Positions 35,999-48,075 of a DNA stretch of 64,000 nt are shown here, piece after piece. The notes under the pieces are model-generated. The model had not been told where the DNA came from, did no database searches, and saw nothing but the letters and a program-made list of their open reading frames with translations. The stretch lies in assembly GCA_002269645.1 (NCBI GenBank), contig NIVC01000001.1:1302001-1366000 (forward strand), in the 5' to 3' direction. Source of the stretch: Macrostomum lignano (lineage: Eukaryota). Made by a program: the position numbers and the translations under genes. Numbering within the stretch: the stretch's first letter is position 1; each line of letters opens with the position of its first letter.

Positions 35999-38550
35999 GG
36001 CCCAATGTGGCTCAGCCAATGAGAGAGCAGCAAGGAGAAAGAAAAAAGTCTGACATCTTTATTGGCCTGGCTGTGCAACCCCTTTTCTCTTGCTGGCTAT
36101 GCACACGCACCGTATTTGATTTTTTCTGCTATCTTCAATATTAGTATATTTGTGTATAAAACTGAAGCAGTGAGTATTTTGTTTCATATCATACCTCAGC
36201 ATTTCAGCATCATCTTATACAAGGGAAAGCATTTACAATCTACAGGGGAAGATTTTAAGCTACCTTACACTTCACGTAGCGCTCTCAATGCTCGGAATGT
36301 CGACACAGAAATATTCATGTCAGAAACTACTTAAGACTTGCTTGTAGCCTCGTGTTTGGCATTGTGACACAATCAATTCCAAAGAATCCAGACGGCTTTG
36401 AGCAGGATGTGGTAACAGTTGTACTTGGCAATGAGAAGCCCAATCGTGCCTTTTAGGGGACTGGACTCAACAAGCATCCTTACAGAAAGCGTCTCTTCTG
36501 AAGTTTCCTAATAGAAGTCTGTAAATTTTTCTTATTTGCTGCGTTAAATTTAGCCTTTTCGATCACCAGAGCCAAGATAACAAGGAATACTGATATGCAA
36601 ACACTTGTCTCAGTCAACACTCTGGTCGTTAATTTTTTATCTTTGGTCATTGGCCAAATATTTAATCGTTGACTCATTTACATGTGTAAGTTTTTCCGGT
36701 CAAATAGCAAAATAGCTCAAAGTTCAAATACTCGTAACTCAGTTCAAGTGAGACACGTTCAATTCAAGTGACAACAAGCCAAATCAAACTGCAAATTGTC
36801 AATTCGTAGTTAACAAAATATCCAGTCAAGTGCGCCAAGTGCAAGTAGCTATTCTTCTCTTCGCTCAAATACGTCTATCAATCGCTGCTTATGGTCGGTC
36901 CCAGCGGATATTCTGGCTCGTGCGACAGCAATGTACTGTTGAGTTGGCTTTGTCGTATTTCGTTTGGCCAAGTTTCGTAACAGCTGGGTAATATTGGGAA
37001 GAGCTCAGAATTAGTGTTTTCGGAAAGAAAACGCAAACCAAAGCTGGCAGTATGCCAAGTCGACTCTACGAGTACAACGACGAGAAGTCACACTAAAAGT
37101 CGCCTAAGAGTCAATATTAGGCGTTTTACTGTCTGCGACTCTGAAACCACTCTGGAGCACTACTATAATGACTCTTTGGTTGAGTACGAGCTAGAGTCGT
37201 GCTTGAGTCGCTGTAGAATCACAGAGTTGCGTCTACCGGTAAAGCGCATCTGCGTCGCATTTCGCATTTATAACAACTCTATTTAGTCTACTTGAGTTAG
37301 TAGAGATTTAAGCGCTAACACAACGACTCTTGAATGAAGTTTTGAGACTCTTACGATTCTGAAACTCGCGTGATGCCTCTCAGTTAAATTACAGTTGTTT
37401 GAATCGTTAGTGTTAAAAAATTCGTCCCAGAGTCGCTAGAGTGAGTTGTTTGCAATGACTCTGATGCTTGTCGCGGCTTGTGTAGCAGTTTTCAAAAATT
37501 CAAAAGCCGCTAATTTCTCGTGCTTCATCTAGTTCTGTAAAGGAAGGTTCTTTATCAGCGACCTCTAGTTTGTCGAGCATCCAGATGGCCCAGACAATCG
37601 AGCAACCATCAATACAGGTCGTGCAAATAATAAGGATAGACGACAAATATCATTTCTATTTATTTCCACAGAATCTCTTTTTGGCCTCCCGACTACTCGC
37701 GCCGAGGTTAAAAACAAATTAGACGCAGCACCCAAGCTGCCCAAATCGATTTGACGTTGGTCAAACGGCGCCAATCCGCGCAGTTTTAGTCTATTTAGTT
37801 CGGGGAACTTGTAACAGAAGCGAAAATGTTACTGTAAGTAATAAGAATAGATTAGAAGAGTATTTTGAGAGTGTTATTCGAGTCAAAATAGATTACACAG
37901 AAAGCTCGATAACACAGCCAGCTACGACTTAAGTAGGCCGTGTGCGCGCACTGAGCCCCGCGCTAAAACTGTGTGTTGTTTTGTGAAATTCGAAACCAAA
38001 CTAGCCAAGTAAAGATTAAGGAAATAATAGTTGTGCTGAAATTATCTATAGAAAGCAGCAAAGATCAGGATAGCCTTGGTTAGCAATCGGATAGAATCAC
38101 AATATATATGCATAGCAGGGTACTCTTACCGAACAGTGCAGTATGGCACAGGTAGCAGACAGTAAGTTACAAATCTACCTATTTTATTTGCTGCATGGGA
38201 AATATGAAAAATTAGGGAAAGCAAAAACAGAGATTAATGTTAAAACAGGACAATATCATGTGGCGCAAACTGCAGAGCTGTTAATAGCAAATCCACAGAG
38301 TACGGAGAAGCGTATTAAAACAATACAATTGCGAAAGAAAAAATCGAGGCAATGCAATAATTAAAAAATATTTAAATTTGTGTGCCGACAATAGACAGCG
38401 CAGGTATTGCAACAACTTGAGCTTGCTTCAATAATTAACTGTCTTTAAGTCATAGGTAATCTATAAGTAGATAAATTAAACTGATAAGGAAATTGCAGTA
38501 GTGTGTGGATCATACATACCTGCACGCTGCACTGACTAGCACTACCATTT

Positions 38551-38864
38551 ACTACTACTACTACTACTACAAAAATAAATGATAATTATTGATTACCTGC
38601 CCTAATTGGGCCAGATGTGCAACCGACAGCATCTGGAGGCTGCGTACGGCTGTTCAGTCCAAGAACTGGGGGGTCGCCACGCACCCCCTCAATTACCCCA
38701 GCTAATGCTGGCACCCATTTTACAGCTGGGTGAACTGAAGCAGTGCAGAGTTGAGTGTCTTACTCAAAACCACAAATTATTCCGAGTGGGTCGAGAATCG
38801 AACCCCCAACCTTTCAGCCGTGACTCCCATGAGTCCGACGCTCTAACCACTAGGCTACAACCTC
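38551..38864 (-). mobile_element. tRNA-derived SINE with a CORE-like central domain and (TAG)n tail
   Basis: On the - strand: A box TAGCCTAGTGG (38847-38857), B box GGTTCGATTCT (38794-38804), a segment ending TCAGTTCACCCAGCTGTAAAATGGG that resembles the MIR CORE, and a simple-repeat tail. Confidence 0.8.
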
Positions 38865-39175
38865 ATACACTACTGCTACACTACTACAAGAATAGATCGT
38901 AATTTTAGGGTACATTGTGCCGTAATCAAGAGAATGATCAACACTATTTAGCTAACTTTTAGCTCGTACTACTAAGTAAGAGTAGTAAGGACAAGCACAT
39001 TTTTAAATGACTAATTATCTGACTAGTTACCTAAACTACAGGTGGCAAGTACTTAGTTAAATAAAAAAGACAAGCAAAATAAGAGAAAACTTGCGCCTCG
39101 CAAACCTGCTACTCATTAATATTTTTATTACCGTAATTTTTATTATTATTACAGTCAAGTTCATCAGCTTCCCTC

Positions 39176-39523
39176 TCATTCAGTCTTTTTACCGTTGCTA
39201 CCATTAGCAACGTTATTGTTGGCATGACCGTTGCCATTAGCAACGTTATTGTTGACATGACCGTTGCCATTAGCAACCGTATTTTTCTTAGCCAGCGAAT
39301 AATCCGGCGTGAGCATTGGCGAATAGCGCAGCCTCACAGCTTCATCAATGTCAATGTCGCCATTGACAGCGGCGGCAGCGGCGGCAGGCAGCTCGGAGGC
39401 GGCAGGCCGCTTGACCCGGGAGTAGGGCCCGATCTCGGGGTCGGTGATAAAGTCGTAAAGCACGCGGGTCCACGAGCGATGGCAGGGCAGATTATCGTAC
39501 CATTCGGGAGCGATGGCCCTCAC
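39176..39523 (-). CDS. DEGS1: DEGS1 exon 3 with C-terminal extension
   Basis: [26 protein letters not shown]...GKKTE then TGA. Confidence 0.93.
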   Translation of the reverse strand: MRAIAPEWYDNLPCHRSWTRVLYDFITDPEIGPYSRVKRPAASELPAAAAAAVNGDIDIDEAVRLRYSPMLTPDYSLAKKNTVANGNGHVNNNVANGNGHANNNVANGSNGKKTE

Positions 39524-42500
39524 CTGTGCGATATCGATTAGTGCAAAAATATGCATAATATTGCTTAACAAACAAATTTCCACATGCTCAGAATAAGGAC
39601 TACTGAAGTTAAAAACAGGAAGCCTCATTCTTATAGTTTTGAAGGCCGGTCTTTTGACAAAAAAGGCACTACACAGACCATAAAGGTGTTCAATTTTGTT
39701 TCAATTTGAATTCGTCCTTGATTTCAAATGCGAGCTAAAAACTCTCTCTGATTGAAATTTGCATAAAAGGTGGAGTCAGATTGCTTCTATACAGCTGTGT
39801 TTAAAATGCAACAATTTGTAACTGGCGACTGCGTGTGGCTCAGCACCTCACGGGGAATTCATTTGACTTTTATCTCTGCCGCTTAACCCTTGAACTGCGG
39901 GCCTGGGACACAGAGGCACTTGGCAACCCGCTGTAAACTGGCTATTTATTAAACTGAAAATATTCTGCGCAGCCCTGCGTTTACAAGTAACTTTTTACAT
40001 TTTAGACGGATAAAAACTGTAGACTAGTAAAAAAGAGACAGTTACAGTTCAGCAACGAAGGTGGTAGACCAGCAACTGGGGATCTGGGAGGTTGGCCCAG
40101 CAACTGAGGATCTGGGAGGCTGGCCCAGCAACTGACACTCTGGGAGGCTGGCCCAGCAACTGACACTCTGGGAAGCTGGCCCAGCAACTGACACTCTGGG
40201 AGGCTGGCTCAGCAACTGAGGATCTGGGAGGCTGGCCCAGCAACTGAGGATCTGGGAGGCTGACCCAGCAACTGGGGGTCTGGGAGGCTGGCCCAGCAAC
40301 TGAGGATCTGGGAGGCTGGCCCAGCAACTGAGGATCTGGGAGGCTGGCCCAGCAACTGACACTCTGGGAGGCTGGCCCAGCCACTGACACTCTGGGAGGC
40401 TGGCCCAGCAACTGACACTCTGGGAAGCTGGCCCAGCAACTGACACTCTGGGAGGCTGGCACAGCAACTGAGGATCTGGGAGGCTGGCCCAGCAACTGAG
40501 GATCTGGGAGGCTGGCCCAGCAACTGGGGGTCTGGGAGGCTGGCCCAGCAACTGAGGATCTGGGAGGCTGGCCCAGCAACTGACACTCTGGGAGGCTGGC
40601 CCAGCAACTGACACTCTGGGAGGCTGGCCCAGCAACTGACACTCTGGGAGGCTGGCTCAGCAACTGAGGATCTGGGAGGCTGGCCCAGCAACTGACACTC
40701 TGGGAGGCTGGCTCAGCAACTGAGGATCTGGGAGGCTGGCCCAGCAACTGAGGATCTGGGAGGCTGGCTCAGCAACTGGGGATCTGGGAGGCTGCCCTAG
40801 CAACTGAGTTCTGGCAGAGCTAGATCAAGTGATGCTTTAGGAGTTCACTGTGATATTAACGTGGTGCTGTGTAATTTTTAAACAAAAAATGATTCGCAAA
40901 GATTAAGGCAAATCTACTGCGCTGCCAGTGTTTGCCTCATCAATAAATATTAAATATGAAAGAAAGTAAACAAAAAGCCAACGAAATTAAACTACAATTC
41001 AGTGCTAAAAATAAATTGCCTAAATAGTCAATATTTACAAGAATGGATAATGCTTCAGATAAATAAAACTTTCAGCTGCAATTGTTAATTAGTCCAGATC
41101 GAGGTTGCGTATTTGATTGCTAATTACTGTTTTAGAATCTATATAACTAAATCTGAGAAAAGCTTCTGATATAAAAGAAACTAGCAGCTTACAGAGCGGA
41201 CAGAGCATACACAGAAGGTCGTCTCCACGGAACTAAGGGGGCGGAGAAGGCGGGCTGAAGTGAAGACAGATAGCGGATAAGCTCGCTGACTGACTCACTG
41301 GCAGCAGAGCTGGTAATTATCGGCAAACATACAGGCAAGCAAACATGGCTGATGCTAATGAATCATTATCGATTTCTATGCTAGATGATTTCTGATTGGC
41401 TGATGCTAATGAATCATTATCGATTTCTATGCTAGATGATTTCTGATTGGCTGATGCTAATGAATAATTATCGATTTCTATGCTAGATGATTTTTGATTG
41501 GCTGATGCTAATGAATCATTATCGATTTCTATGCTAGATGATTTCTGATTGGCTGATGCTAATGAACCATTATCGATTTCTATGCTAGATGATTTCTGAT
41601 TGGCTGAACATAATCATCAATCAGTTGCTAGAATACTTGTTAAAATTATGTGATTAAAATATATTACGAATAAACTATTAAATACAGCTTCTCTGCTCAC
41701 CTTCGGCAGACGCGAGCCGGCCACGGACGGGAAATCGTGATGCTCATTGTGGTAGCCAACATTGAAGGTGATGCAGTTGAGCAAGCCGTAATAACTGTAG
41801 GTTTCATAGCCCTTCTTAAACATGTAGTGCTCGGAGATGAAGTGCCCAGCAACCGGGTGAATGCCCAGAGACAGCAGGGTGCCAACTACCATGTAGACCA
41901 GGGGCTTGAATCCTAGAAAGTACACCACCAGAACATCAAAACCGAGCTGTACAGCGATGTTGATAGCCTCCAGCTTGGTCATGGGCATCGGATAGAGCAC
42001 CAGCGGCCGAATGCTATAGAATAGCGGCTGCAGGAACAGCCAGATCAGCTTAGTGAAGCTGTTGCAGAACAGCATGCCCTCCATTCTGCTCGGCAAGTCC
42101 ATGTCCCGCTTATCGTCACCTTGGTAGCGATGATGCTCCAGATGATATTTCTTGAAGCTGACGCTGTAGGGAACTCCAATAGGCAGGTTGGCAAAGATGC
42201 CCAGAGCTCGATTGGCCATTGGCCGGGCGTGGCCGAATGCCAGATTATGCGAGATCTCGTGAATGGCCAGCGTCATTGAATGGTTAATTGTGCCACCGAG
42301 TACGTAAGAGAGAAGCAGCAACTGCCACCAAGGCGGATTCAGCTGGGCGATGGCAACAATGGAGGCCAGCTGGAAGGCCACCATGCCCAGTACGATCCAT
42401 TTGAGCCGCGGGTCCGGGCCCATCAGCTCTTTGATCTCCGGGTGTTCGGCTAGACAAAATTTAAGATTTTCGTAAATTTAACTGGCAAGATGTTACACCT

Positions 42501-44779
42501 GCCTACTTATTAACATTTAGTAGTATGATGGGGTTTCTTCTGTTGCGGAACTCCGGCCCACGAAGCTTTTCTATCCGGCCCTCGTGTCCTTTAAAACTTC
42601 ACAATATAGCAATCCGGCCCGCCCAACGTTGACATCACTTCTCAAGCTCTCTTATCTTCTCTCCTCTCCTCTTATCTTCTCTCCTCTTATCTTATTTTCT
42701 CTCCTCTTATCTTCTCTCCTCTCCTCTTATTTTCTCTCTTCGTATCTTCTCTCCTCCCCTCTTATCTTCTCTCCTCTCCTCTCCTCTCATTTCTAATCCT
42801 CCGTCCTCTCTCCTCTCCTTCTTATTTCTAATCCTCCATCCTCTCTCCTCTCCTCTCATTTCTAATCCTCCATCCTCTCTCCTCTCCTCTCATTTCTAAT
42901 CCTCCATCCTCTCTCCTCTCCTCTCATTTCTAATCCTCCATCCTCTCTCCTCTCCTCTCATTTCTAATCCTCCATCCTCTCTCCTCTCCTCTCATTTCTA
43001 ATCCTCCATCCTCTCTCCTCTCCTCTCATTTCTAATCCTCCATCCTCTCTCCTCTCCTCTCATTTCTAATCCTCCATCCTCTCTCCTCTCTTCTCATTTC
43101 TAATCCTCCATCCTCTCTCCTCTCCTCTCATTTCTAATCCTCCATCCTCTCTCCTCTCTTCTCATTTCTAATCCTCCATCCTCTCTCCTCTCCTCTCATT
43201 TCTAATCCTCCATCCTCTCTCCTCTCCTCTCATTTCTAATCCTCCATCCTCTCTCCTCTCTTCTCATTTCTAATCCTCCATCCTCTCTCCTCTCCTCTCA
43301 TTTCTAATCCTCCATCCTCTCTCCTCTCTTCTCATTTCTAATCCTCCATCCTCTCTCCTCTCCTCTCATTTCTAATCCTCCATCCTCTCTCCTCTCCTCT
43401 CATTTCTAATCCTCCATCCTCTCTCCTCTCCTCTCATTTCTAATCCTCCATCCTCTCTCCTCTCATTTCTAATCCTCCATCCTCTCTCCTCTCCTCTCAT
43501 TTCTAATCCTCCATCCTCTCTCCTCTCATTTCTAATCCTCCATCCTCTCTCCTCTCCTCTCATTTCTAATCCTCCATCCTCTCTCCTCTCCTCTCATTTC
43601 TAATCCTCCATCCTCTCTCCTCTCCTCTCATTTCTAATCCTCCATCCTCTCTCCTCTCATTTCTAATCCTCCATCCTCTCTCCTCTCCTCTCATTTCTAA
43701 TCCTCCATCCTCTCTCCTCTCATTTCTAATCCTCCATCCTCTCTCCTCTCATTTCTAATCCTCCATCCTCTCTCCTCTCCTCTCATTTCTAATCCTCCAT
43801 CCTCTCTCCTCTCATTTCTAATCCTCCATCCTCTCTCCTCTCCTCTCATTTCTAATCCTCCATCCTCTCTCCTCTCATTTCTAATCCTCCATCCTCTCTC
43901 CTCTCATTTCTAATCCTCCATCCTCTCTCCTCTCCTCTCATTTCTAATCCTCCATCCTCTCTCCTCTCATTTCTAATCCTCCATCCTCTCTCCTCTCCTC
44001 TCATTTCTAATCCTCCATCCTCTCTCCTCTCATTTCTAATCCTCCATCCTCTCTCCTCTCCTCTCATTTCTAATCCTCCATCCTCTCTCCTCTCCTCTCA
44101 TTTCTAATCCTCCATCCTCTCTCCTCTCCTCTCATTTCTAATCCTCCATCCTCTCTCCTCTCATTTCTAATCCTCCATCCTCTCTCCTCTCCTCTCATTT
44201 CTAATCCTCCATCCTCTCTCCTCTCATTTCTAATCCTCCATCCTCTCTCCTCTCTTCTCATTTCTAATCCTCCATCCTCTCTCCTCTCCTCTTATTTCTA
44301 ATCCTCCATCCTCTCTCCTCTCCTCTCATTTCTAATCCTCCATCCTCTCTCCTCTCATTTCTAATCCTCCATCCTCTCTCCTCTCATTTCTAATCCTCCA
44401 TCCTCTCTCCTCTCCTCTCATTTCTAATCCTCCATCCTCTCTCCTCTCATTTCTAATCCTCCATCCTCTCTCCTCTCCTCTCATTTCTAATCCTCCATCC
44501 TCTCTCCTCTCATTTCTAATCCTCCATCCTCTCTCCTCTCATTTCTAATCCTCCATCCTCTCTCCTCTCCTCCCCGCTCTCATCTGGCCCGCAGCCGTGA
44601 CACATTCTTAGACTTCTATCAATTATTGATAGCAAATTTTGAGTAATCTTCTGCAACTTCGATCCAGGATGCCCAATGGCACTGCGATGCAACTCACCTA
44701 GAATCAGCTTTCGCCTAGTAGCGTGCGGTTCCTCGGTATAAACCCATTCGAAATCGGTTCGCGACACCGACTGGCCCAT
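39176..44779 (-). CDS. DEGS1: Sphingolipid delta(4)-desaturase DES1, 3 exons, about 392 aa
   Basis: Exons 44779-44698, 42449-41701 and 39523-39176. [25 protein letters not shown]-terminus, His boxes HEISH, HLEHH and HNEHH, and GPYSRVKR. In-frame GT-AG junctions. Confidence 0.97.
40068..40810 (-). repeat. 28-bp minisatellite, same family as 18180-18680
   Basis: (CAGCAACTGAGGATCTGGGAGGCTGGCC)n on +, the reverse complement of the GIT-intron unit. Confidence 0.95.
41346..41606. repeat. 51-bp tandem repeat x5
   Basis: TGGCTGATGCTAATGAATCATTATCGATTTCTATGCTAGATGATTTCTGAT at a 51-bp period. Confidence 0.93.
41701..42449 (-). CDS. DEGS1: DEGS1 exon 2 (three His boxes)
   Basis: [13 protein letters not shown]...GSRLPK; GTGAGC donor. 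Confidence 0.96.
42640..44575. repeat. 29/34-bp TC-rich minisatellite (TTTCTAATCCTCCATCCTCTCTCCTCTC[CTCTC]A)n
   Basis: Fills DEGS1 intron 1. Confidence 0.95.
44698..44779 (-). CDS. DEGS1: DEGS1 exon 1
   Basis: Lipid desaturase N-terminal motif; GTGAGT donor, phase 1. Confidence 0.95.
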
Positions 44780-45254
44780 CTGTAGTTTCGCTGACTGGCG
44801 CGCAGAATACACGAATAAAATGAAACTTTTGCCTGAATGCTTTAAAGCCGGCCGTTTTTTATTCGTCTTTCTATTTCGTTCCTGGCCTCTTATTTGCGCA
44901 GTGCTGAGCAAGGCTATTTATATCAGCTGCGCAAGACCAGATAATGTGAAACATCGGACCATAATTATGAATTGCCGCACTGCAGTGCACGAGAGAAATG
45001 CTGTACATGGACTGGCTTAAGGCTATAATAGAATGGACACTTTTATACTCTTTTATCTATAGATAGCTAATAGGCGTGCTATAGAAAGTATATATTTGTG
45101 CAATGCGAGTGCACAGAACGCAAGCAGTCGGACCGACTCGGCAGGCGCGACGCAAACTCGTCTAGGCTGATTTAGTGGCTAAAGGCAGAAGTAGAGACTC
45201 TAGAGTATTAGAAAAAGGTGGATGGACAGGATCCTGGAGATAAATAGCTCGTAG

Positions 45255-46005
45255 ACAGAATGCTAGAGACCTAGAGACAGGCGGACAGAATCCTAGAGAC
45301 AGGCGGAGTGGCGGACAGAATCCTAGAGGCAAGCGGACAGAATCCTAGAGACAGGCGGACAGAATCCTAGAGACAGGCGGACAGAATCCTAGAGACAGGC
45401 GGACAGAATCCTAGACAGACCTAGAGACAGGCGGACAGAATCCTAGACAGACCTAGAGACAGGCGGACAGAATCCTAGAGACAGGCGGAGTGGCGGACAG
45501 AATCCTAGAGGCAAGCGGACAGAATCCTAGAGACAGGCGGACAGAATCCTAGAGACAGGCGGACAGAATCCTAGAGACAGGCGGACAGAATCCTAGACAG
45601 ACCTAGAGACAGGCGGACAGAATCCTAGAGACAGGCGGACAGAATCCTAGACAGACCTAGAGACAGGCGGACAGAATCCTAGAGACAGGCGGACAGAATC
45701 CTAGACAGACCTAGAGACAGGCGGACAGAATCCTAGACAGACCTAGAGACAGGCGGACAGAATCCTAGACAGACCTAGAGACAGGCGGACAGAATCCTAG
45801 ACAGACCTAGAGACAGGCGGACAGAATCCTAGAGACAGGCGGAGTGGCGGACAGAATCCTAGAGGCAAGCGGACAGAATCCTAGAGACAGGCGGACAGAA
45901 TCCTAGAGACAGGCGGACAGAATCCTAGAGACAGGCGGACAGAATCCTAGACAGACCTAGAGACAGGCGGACAGAATCCTAGACAGACCTAGAGACAGGC
46001 GGACA
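45255..46005. repeat. 22/31-bp minisatellite (GGACAGAATCCTAGAGACAGGC)n with a higher-order duplication
   Basis: Tandem periodicity; the variant GGAGTGGCGG recurs three times. Confidence 0.93.
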
Positions 46006-46689
46006 GAAACGGATCATTATCAAGTTTCAAACGCTACATTTTCTAGGCTAAAAACTTAATAAATTAACAAAAGAAAATGTCAAAAAAGCTTAAAGGGCTT
46101 CCAATAAGGGAAAAAGTATAATTGCTTAATAAAACGAATACCTATTGCAATGCATACAGATAACCAAGGTAAAGGCTAACGCATGTACATTATAGATTGC
46201 CATTTTACATTAATTTTACATGCTCGGTGCCGAGAGGGCCCAGCCCAACGCAGCGATTGTGCTCACGCGAATGGGGATGGTGAGGATACCCTTTCCCCAA
46301 AAAGCTCCCCCAATTGCCAACAAGCCGCTATCCCCTTAGAAATCAAAACGTACAAAGCAGCGCAAAGAAGGAAAAAAACTGGAGACAAAAAGGCAAAAAA
46401 GCTTAACAGAAAAGAAAAACACCTGGGAGCTGGGAAGCAAAATAAAAAGCAAACAATTGTAGGTGCGAAGGGACAGCAGGCTAAGGCTGCACTCAATACG
46501 TTAAACTAGCAGCGCTTAACGGGTAAAAATGCAAACTGAGGAATCGGGGTAATGGACGACTGAGATAAGGCGGCGGGCAAATTTTGAATCAATAACTGGG
46601 GAGCTTGCCGTCTCAAGCCGTCGCGCGACCAAATTTACTTGTCGCTAGCTAATTCAGGGACTTCTGGCTGGTTGAACTGGACTGGAGAG

Positions 46690-47400
46690 ACACCCTCAGC
46701 TAGAAATAGATACCTGGACTGGAAAGACACCCTCAGCTAGAAATAAATACCTGGACTGGAACTGGAAAGACACCATCAGCTAGAAATAAATACCTGGACT
46801 GGACACCCTCAGCTAGAAATATATACCTGAACTGGACACCATCAGCTAGAAATAAATACCTGGACTGGACACCCTCAGCTAGAAATATATACCTGAACTG
46901 GACACCCTCAGCTAGAAATAGATACCTGAACTGGACACCCTCAGCTAGAAATAGATACCTGAACTGGACACCCTCAGCTAGAAATAGATACCTGGACTGG
47001 AAGTGGAAAGACACCATCAGCTAGAAATAGATACCTGGACTGGAACTGGAAAGACACCATCAGCTAGAAATAAATACCTGGACTGGACACCCTCAGCTAG
47101 AAATAGATACCTGAACTGGACACCCTCAGCTAGAAATAGATACCTGGACTGGAAGTGGAAAGACACCATCAGCTAGAAATAGATACCTGGACTGGAACTG
47201 GAAAGACACCATCAGCTAGAAATAGATACCTGGACTGGAACTGGAAAGACACCATCAGCTAGAAATAGATACCTGGACTGGAACTGGAAAGACACCATCA
47301 GCTAGAAATAGATACCTGGACTGGAACTGGAAAGACACCATCAGCTAGAAATAGATACTTGGACTGAAAAATGACATCCCACCCAAACTAGAAATAGATG
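46690..47400. repeat. 33/43-bp minisatellite (...CACC[CA]TCAGCTAGAAATAGATACCTG...)n
   Basis: Tandem periodicity. Confidence 0.9.
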
Positions 47401-47831
47401 CCGGAACTGAATTCCAGACAGTCCAGTTCCAGAAGTCCCTGGCCTGCTACAAAACAAATATTTACAATACACGCAACCGATCACTGTTGCAAAAGAAAAA
47501 AATGAAACATAAAAGAGAAATACCAGGGAAAATAGATGAAGAATGAAACTGCAATTTGGTCCCATTCGATGCAAAGTTGTAAGTGCTCGATGTTTAGCAT
47601 GCGAACAAGGCTAGCATATTCCCAACTTTGAGCAGATAATATTGCGAAACTTAATAAAACAATTCAACCTCGAAAGCCACCGACAGAGAGTAAATAAAAA
47701 AGTATTTTTTTTTTACAATCTTATAAGGCCGGACAGAATTTAAGAAAGAAATGACGAACTAGCTCTAATAATAGACCATTCTGGCATTGCTACCTGCGTT
47801 TTGTCTGTAGATAGTGATAAACCTATTGAGG

Positions 47832-48075
47832 GTGAATGTACACTGGGGTGGGTGAGGGGTTGAATGTACACTGGGGTGGGTGAGGGGTTGAATGTACACT
47901 GGGGTGGGTGAGGGGTTGAATGTACACTAGTTGGGTGAGGGGTTGAATGTACACTAGGTGGGTTAGGGGTTGAATGTACACTAGGTGGGTTAGGGGTTGA
48001 ATGTACACTAGGTGGGTTAGGGGTTGAATGTACACTAGGTGGGTAAGGGGTTGAATGTACACTGGGGTGGGTGAG
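47832..48075. repeat. 27/28-bp minisatellite (GAATGTACACTGGGGTGGGTGAGGGGTT)n
   Basis: About 9 copies, G-rich on +. Confidence 0.9.

Noticed and set aside
35368-36144. CPEGK/CPRGQ repeat ORFs resembling EGF or metallothionein repeats
   Set aside because: They derive from the 15-16-bp arm repeats of the foldback element and appear on both strands.
37040-37480. Cluster of GACTC/GAGTC motifs suggesting a MITE
   Set aside because: No convincing TIR or TSD could be defined by eye.
38790-38864. Functional tRNA gene
   Set aside because: A and B boxes are present, but there is no clean cloverleaf or acceptor stem and it continues into a SINE body and tail.
46183-46509. Lys-rich 108-aa ORF
   Set aside because: An A-rich intergenic stretch with no recognisable domain or splice context.
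13120-48075. CRISPR-like regular arrays
   Set aside because: Units are contiguous with no unique spacers, there are no cas genes, and the context is eukaryotic and intronic.
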